29,679 bases of DNA from contig CBDBIJ010000043.1 in the NCBI GenBank assembly GCA_965205655.1, positions 1-29,679 on the forward strand, in the 5' to 3' direction. The notes beneath the pieces were generated by a model. That model was not told the origin of the DNA. It saw nothing but the letters and a program-made list of their open reading frames with translations, and ran no database searches. This document shows, one piece after another, positions 26,209-29,679 of this stretch (positions within the stretch are counted from its first letter, which is position 1; each line of letters begins with the position of its first letter). Made by a program: the position numbers and the translations under genes. This DNA is from Candidatus Latescibacterota bacterium (GTDB lineage Bacteria > Latescibacterota > UBA2968 > UBA8231).

Positions 26209-26690
26209 TCAGAGCACTACTTGCCATCCTCCTCTGTCTCGGCCTGCTCGCCTCCTGCGGCGATGACGACGGTAACAAGACGCCAGCCAGCCCAGGTGGA
26301 GAGACCGGGGACGCGGAACTGAGCGACGAAGAGGCGGCTGCCGTTTTTGGGGATCTCCAGGAATCACTGGCGCCGGTTGCCGGCCTTCTGCTGCTCGGCA
26401 GCGGCACCGACGAAGGGGATCAAGGGACGGCGACAGTCGCAGATGACAAACTGACATTCGAGAACTACTCGCCTGATGGGGAACTGATAATAGACGGGGA
26501 ACTCGCGATTACTCGAGGACGAACCACACTAACGTTGAAGGGTACGGTGGATCTGTCCGGGACATACGAGGGTGAAGTGGAAGTGGATCTGACAATAGGA
26601 GCCAGTATTCCACCGACCTATACGGGAACGATGACGTTAGAAGGGGTCGCCTACGATATCGAGGCTTTGTCGCAACAGTCATCAGGGTAA
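26193..26690 (+). CDS. Hypothetical lipoprotein (acidic, beta-rich)
   Basis: GGAGG RBS, signal peptide with lipobox LLASC followed by GDDD. Confidence 0.75.
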   Translation: MHVFMIRALLAILLCLGLLASCGDDDGNKTPASPGGETGDAELSDEEAAAVFGDLQESLAPVAGLLLLGSGTDEGDQGTATVADDKLTFENYSPDGELIIDGELAITRGRTTLTLKGTVDLSGTYEGEVEVDLTIGASIPPTYTGTMTLEGVAYDIEALSQQSSG

Positions 26691-26705
26691 GGTCTTTTCG
26701 GCGAT

Positions 26706-27251
26706 ATGACGGAGTCGGCAAGATCACCTCAGCGCCTGCTCGCCTCAGCATTGGCGGCGGCCTCGCTGGCGCTGGTTTCTTGCGACCACGGACTCGAAGC
26801 AGAGCCGGAGGGGCGGACCGGGCTCGCCGGCACCCTGAGCTTTGAGGGGACCTGGCCCGCTGGCGTCGGTCATGTCGCGGTTGCGGTGTACCGCGACTTT
26901 CCGCTGGCCGCCGCCGATCTCATCAGCGTCGCTGGCTGGGACCTGGATGTGGAGATCGGCGCCCAATCGTATGAGTTCGAAATCGAGCTCGACCGAGAGG
27001 GCACCTACCGATGGATCGTCGTTGCCTGGCGCCCGCCCGATGAATTCTGGGACTTCTCGTCTCTGCTGGGTTGTTACGCCGCGCCGGGAGACTCACTCCC
27101 GGGGGCGGTGACAGTCATTCGCGGCGAAGTGACCGCCGATGTCGACATCGCTGTCGATCTCGGCGTGCTCGAGAGCGCACGACCACTCGACGAATGGGTG
27201 TGCACCCGGGTCCTGCCCGACGAGATCCTGGAGCTGGCGGGTCAGGAGTAG
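26706..27251 (+). CDS. Hypothetical lipoprotein
   Basis: Signal peptide ending LVSC followed by DHGLE; co-oriented 15 nt after the previous gene. Confidence 0.72.
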   Translation: MTESARSPQRLLASALAAASLALVSCDHGLEAEPEGRTGLAGTLSFEGTWPAGVGHVAVAVYRDFPLAAADLISVAGWDLDVEIGAQSYEFEIELDREGTYRWIVVAWRPPDEFWDFSSLLGCYAAPGDSLPGAVTVIRGEVTADVDIAVDLGVLESARPLDEWVCTRVLPDEILELAGQE

Positions 27252-27285
27252 GTCACGTGCCCCGGCAACAGATCGGCGGCCGGGC

Positions 27286-27587
27286 TCATTTAGCGCAGCG
27301 AAAACCGACTGTGTTTTCTTTCAAGTCGGGAGCAGCCTGGCCGCGGCCGGCGCTCTGCAACACGTACGTGGTGTTGTTCCAGGCGCCGCCGCGATAGATT
27401 CTCTCAGTGCCCTTTTCGGGCCCGGGGGGGGTCTTTGTGGGGCTCTTGGCGTAGTACTTCTTGCCGTACCAGTCGGCGCACCATTCCCACACGTTCCCGG
27501 CCATGTCCAATGCTCCGTACGGACGCTGTCCGCCTGGAAAACTCCCGACCGGCGCAGTGGTGCCGAAACCATCGTCGGTGTCTAGGG
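27286..27587 (-). pseudogene. FGE-sulfatase (SUMF1-fold) protein, 3' fragment
   Basis: DGFGTTAPVGSF...DMAGNVWEWCADWY...RGGAW...VGFRC. Confidence 0.9.
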
Positions 27588-27615
27588 TGTCCAGTTTCGG
27601 AATGGTGTTGACACT

Positions 27616-28623
27616 TCAGTCTCCCTGTTTGAGGATGCCGTCAGTGGCTCCCCAGAAGATGTCAGATGGTATCCGGCCTCGTGTTCGGTACCCCTGATGC
27701 GGCCGTTCGTCGTTATAGAAAGCCAGGTACCGTTTCAGACATCTGTCGAGCTGCGGACGAGCAGTGAAGTATCTCCTGCGAAAGGCCACACGCCAGTGCT
27801 CGTGAAGGATCGTGCCCTGCAGGCGTTCGACGAAGCCGTTGGTCCATGCGTGACGGGGTTTCGTACGTGTGTGACGGATACCCAGGCTCTGACAGGCTTC
27901 ATCGAACTCTCCTTTGAACTCGCTTCCCCGGTCGGTCAGGACTCGCCGAAGCGACCATCCAGCGGCTTCGTAGAGCGGCAGGAGGATTTCCACCAGGAAA
28001 CGGACGGCGTGCTCAGCGGTGTTGGCCGGAATGATGCGTGCAGCCGCGTACGAGCAGGCCGCATCGCAGGCCGTGATCTGCCAAACCTTCCCCACTCCTT
28101 TGAGTCGGCCGATGTAGAAGGTGTCCAGACAGACGAGCTCACCCGGCTTGTTGGCCTCCACGTGCCGCCTCTGGCGACGGGCGCGCTGCAGTTCCCGTCG
28201 CGTGCGCTCCGTGAGCAGACCTGCTCGCTGGGCACTGTGTCGTTCCAGGACGACGAGTCGCTGCTGCCGAGTTCCCAGATCCATGCGTCGCAGCGCTCGA
28301 TAGATCGTGCTGGGCGACAAGGATCGGTGCTGTCGAGCCAGTTGCAGCGAATAGAAGCGGGGTCCGCAGGTGGGATGAGACAGTGCCATCGCCAGAATCA
28401 CCTGCTCGTCCTGGACCGACAGGCTGTGGGGACGTCCTCTGCGCGTCGTCCGACGTCGAGGGTGAAGCCCATCCCGACCGTAGCGCTCATATCGATTTTT
28501 CCAGCGGTAGAACAGGGAGCGGGAAATCCCCAGCTCCCGGCAGGCTGCCGAGACATTACCGAGCTCTCCAGCTCGCTGTAGCGCCAGGAGACGTGTCGCA
28601 TGTACTTTGTCCTCGAGGGTCAT
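27616..28623 (-). CDS. IS481-family transposase
   Basis: NVSAACRELGISRSLFYRW HTH; PGELVCLDTF (D), LTDRGSEF (D), TNGFVERLQ (E), YNDERPHQG. Confidence 0.95.
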   Translation of the reverse strand: MTLEDKVHATRLLALQRAGELGNVSAACRELGISRSLFYRWKNRYERYGRDGLHPRRRTTRRGRPHSLSVQDEQVILAMALSHPTCGPRFYSLQLARQHRSLSPSTIYRALRRMDLGTRQQRLVVLERHSAQRAGLLTERTRRELQRARRQRRHVEANKPGELVCLDTFYIGRLKGVGKVWQITACDAACSYAAARIIPANTAEHAVRFLVEILLPLYEAAGWSLRRVLTDRGSEFKGEFDEACQSLGIRHTRTKPRHAWTNGFVERLQGTILHEHWRVAFRRRYFTARPQLDRCLKRYLAFYNDERPHQGYRTRGRIPSDIFWGATDGILKQGD

Positions 28624-28695
28624 CGGGACACCTTCCCTGAGAGATGTTGTTTGGCGATAACTCTCCCAGAAAGGTACCCCTGGTGGCCTTCACTT

Positions 28696-28726
28696 GTTAT
28701 ACCACCCCAAACTCTAAAACTGTCAA
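28696..28726 (-). promoter_or_regulatory. Probable inward sigma-70 promoter of the IS481 transposase
   Basis: TTGACA (28726-28721, inside the IR), 19-nt spacer, extended -10 TG-G-TATAAC. Confidence 0.55.
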
Positions 28727-28746
28727 CAGTATTACGACATCGCTCA

Positions 28747-29196
28747 GTCTAGGGCGTTGACGCGGCCATCCGCCTTACCTTCCGACCATGGGAAAATGCG
28801 GGAGTCGGTTCCGCGGGCCGCTTTTTCCCACTCCGCCTCGGTGGGCAGCCTCTTGCCGGCTGCGGAGCAGTAGCTCCGAGCGTCCTCCCAGGTGACGTTG
28901 ACCATCGGATGGTCGGTTTTCCAGCCCCAGTCCGGCGCTGCGGGCATTGCCTTGCCGGCGCCCTTGGCGTAGGCGCGATAGGCGCCGACGGTCACTTCAG
29001 TGACGTCGATGTAGAAGGAGTCCAGCTCAACGTGGTGGACGGGGCCTGAATCCATCAGCTCGAAGCTCCCCATTTCAAACTTTCCTCCCGGAACGAGGGC
29101 CATACCCTTCACAGCTCCGCTGACCGGGATCGCAAAGCTGAGGACAGCAAGTGAAACAATTTTCGCCATGACCACTTTCTCTGCACCGATCGACAT
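28747..29196 (-). pseudogene. FGE-sulfatase (SUMF1-fold) protein, 5' fragment with signal peptide
   Basis: VPGGKFEMG, TEVT, PMVNVTWEDA, RLPTEAEWEKAARG; ATG 29196 behind AAGGAG. The rejoined gene is 450+294=744 nt (247 aa). Confidence 0.9.
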
Positions 29197-29231
29197 GCGT
29201 GTCTCCTTCGTAAATTCGGCGTCCACAGGGA

Positions 29232-29679
29232 CTATTCCCATACGATCACTTCGATCCGGCGATTCAGGGCCTTATTCTCAGGCGTGTCGTTTTCTACGAT
29301 GGGCCGATCTTCTCCGTATCCGACCGCATCGATCATCTGCTCGGTGATGAAGTCGTATTCCAGGATCATATAGTCGCGCACACTTCCCGAGCGGGTCTCT
29401 GACAGCTTTTGATTCGCCGCGGTCGTGCCGTCGGAATCGGTATGTCCCTCGATGACCAGCTTCGAGGGGGTGAACATTCTGACGAAATTGGCGATTTTCT
29501 GGAACTCCTGAGCGGCCCCGGCCTTCAGCGTTACATCACCGGCATCGAACAGGACGCCCGAATCGAGGATGAGCCTGGGCACGACGACGTCGCCCTTCAT
29601 GGGCGATTTGTACTTGATGAGCGCTCCCTCGAGGGCCTTGCGGTTGGGGGCGAAGGAACCCACGGCCGAGCCCTGTTGT
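29232..29679 (-). CDS. OmpA/MotB C-terminal peptidoglycan-binding domain protein (5' end outside window)
   Basis: VLFD, IEGHTDSDG, NQKLSETR, GYGEDRP, NRRIE. Confidence 0.9.
   Translation of the reverse strand, partial: QQGSAVGSFAPNRKALEGALIKYKSPMKGDVVVPRLILDSGVLFDAGDVTLKAGAAQEFQKIANFVRMFTPSKLVIEGHTDSDGTTAANQKLSETRSGSVRDYMILEYDFITEQMIDAVGYGEDRPIVENDTPENKALNRRIEVIVWE

Larger units (their letters stand above)
27588..28746 (-). mobile_element. IS481-family insertion sequence, 1159 bp
   Basis: IRs TGTCCAGTTTCGGAATGGTGTTGACA and (reverse complement) TGAGCGATGTCGTAATACTGTTGACA, 18/26 identical. 8-bp duplication GTCTAGGG at 27580-27587 and 28747-28754. Confidence 0.93.

Noticed and set aside
27697..28581. 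294-aa plus-strand ORF
   Set aside because: Antisense shadow of the IS481 transposase.
27286..29196. Diversity-generating retroelement target, or a true formylglycine-generating enzyme
   Set aside because: No reverse transcriptase or template repeat in the window, and the catalytic Cys pair after RGG is absent.

Overview
GC-rich bacterial window dense in insertion sequences. Five complete IS elements (two IS30, one IS256, one IS3, one IS481; 6232 bp, about 21% of the window) each sit in or at the edge of a host gene. Four of the five flanking loci can be rejoined base-for-base by removing the IS and one target duplication. From left to right: (1) an ADP-heptose/surface-glycan locus (broken GT4, gmhB, hldE, methyltransferase, truncated GT4); (2) an IS256 with no target duplication that joins this locus to a signalling region (truncated receiver, sigma-54 activator, split HD-GYP gene, frameshifted ExeA-like ATPase); (3) an intact five-gene operon: MauE/DoxX-thioredoxin fusion, UbiA prenyltransferase, type III PKS, SAM methyltransferase, FAD oxidoreductase; (4) acyl-CoA synthetase, pabB-pabC fusion, DadA-like dehydrogenase, panB and an RNase II-family gene; (5) a deleted Na+/solute symporter remnant, two lipoproteins, an IS481-split FGE-fold gene and a partial OmpA-like gene. 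The best candidate for an undescribed system is the operon in (3), a possible prenylated polyketide (hydro)quinone pathway coupled to a membrane thiol relay; this function is inference. No rRNA, tRNA or CRISPR array was seen. All calls come from reading motifs by eye; no searches were run.
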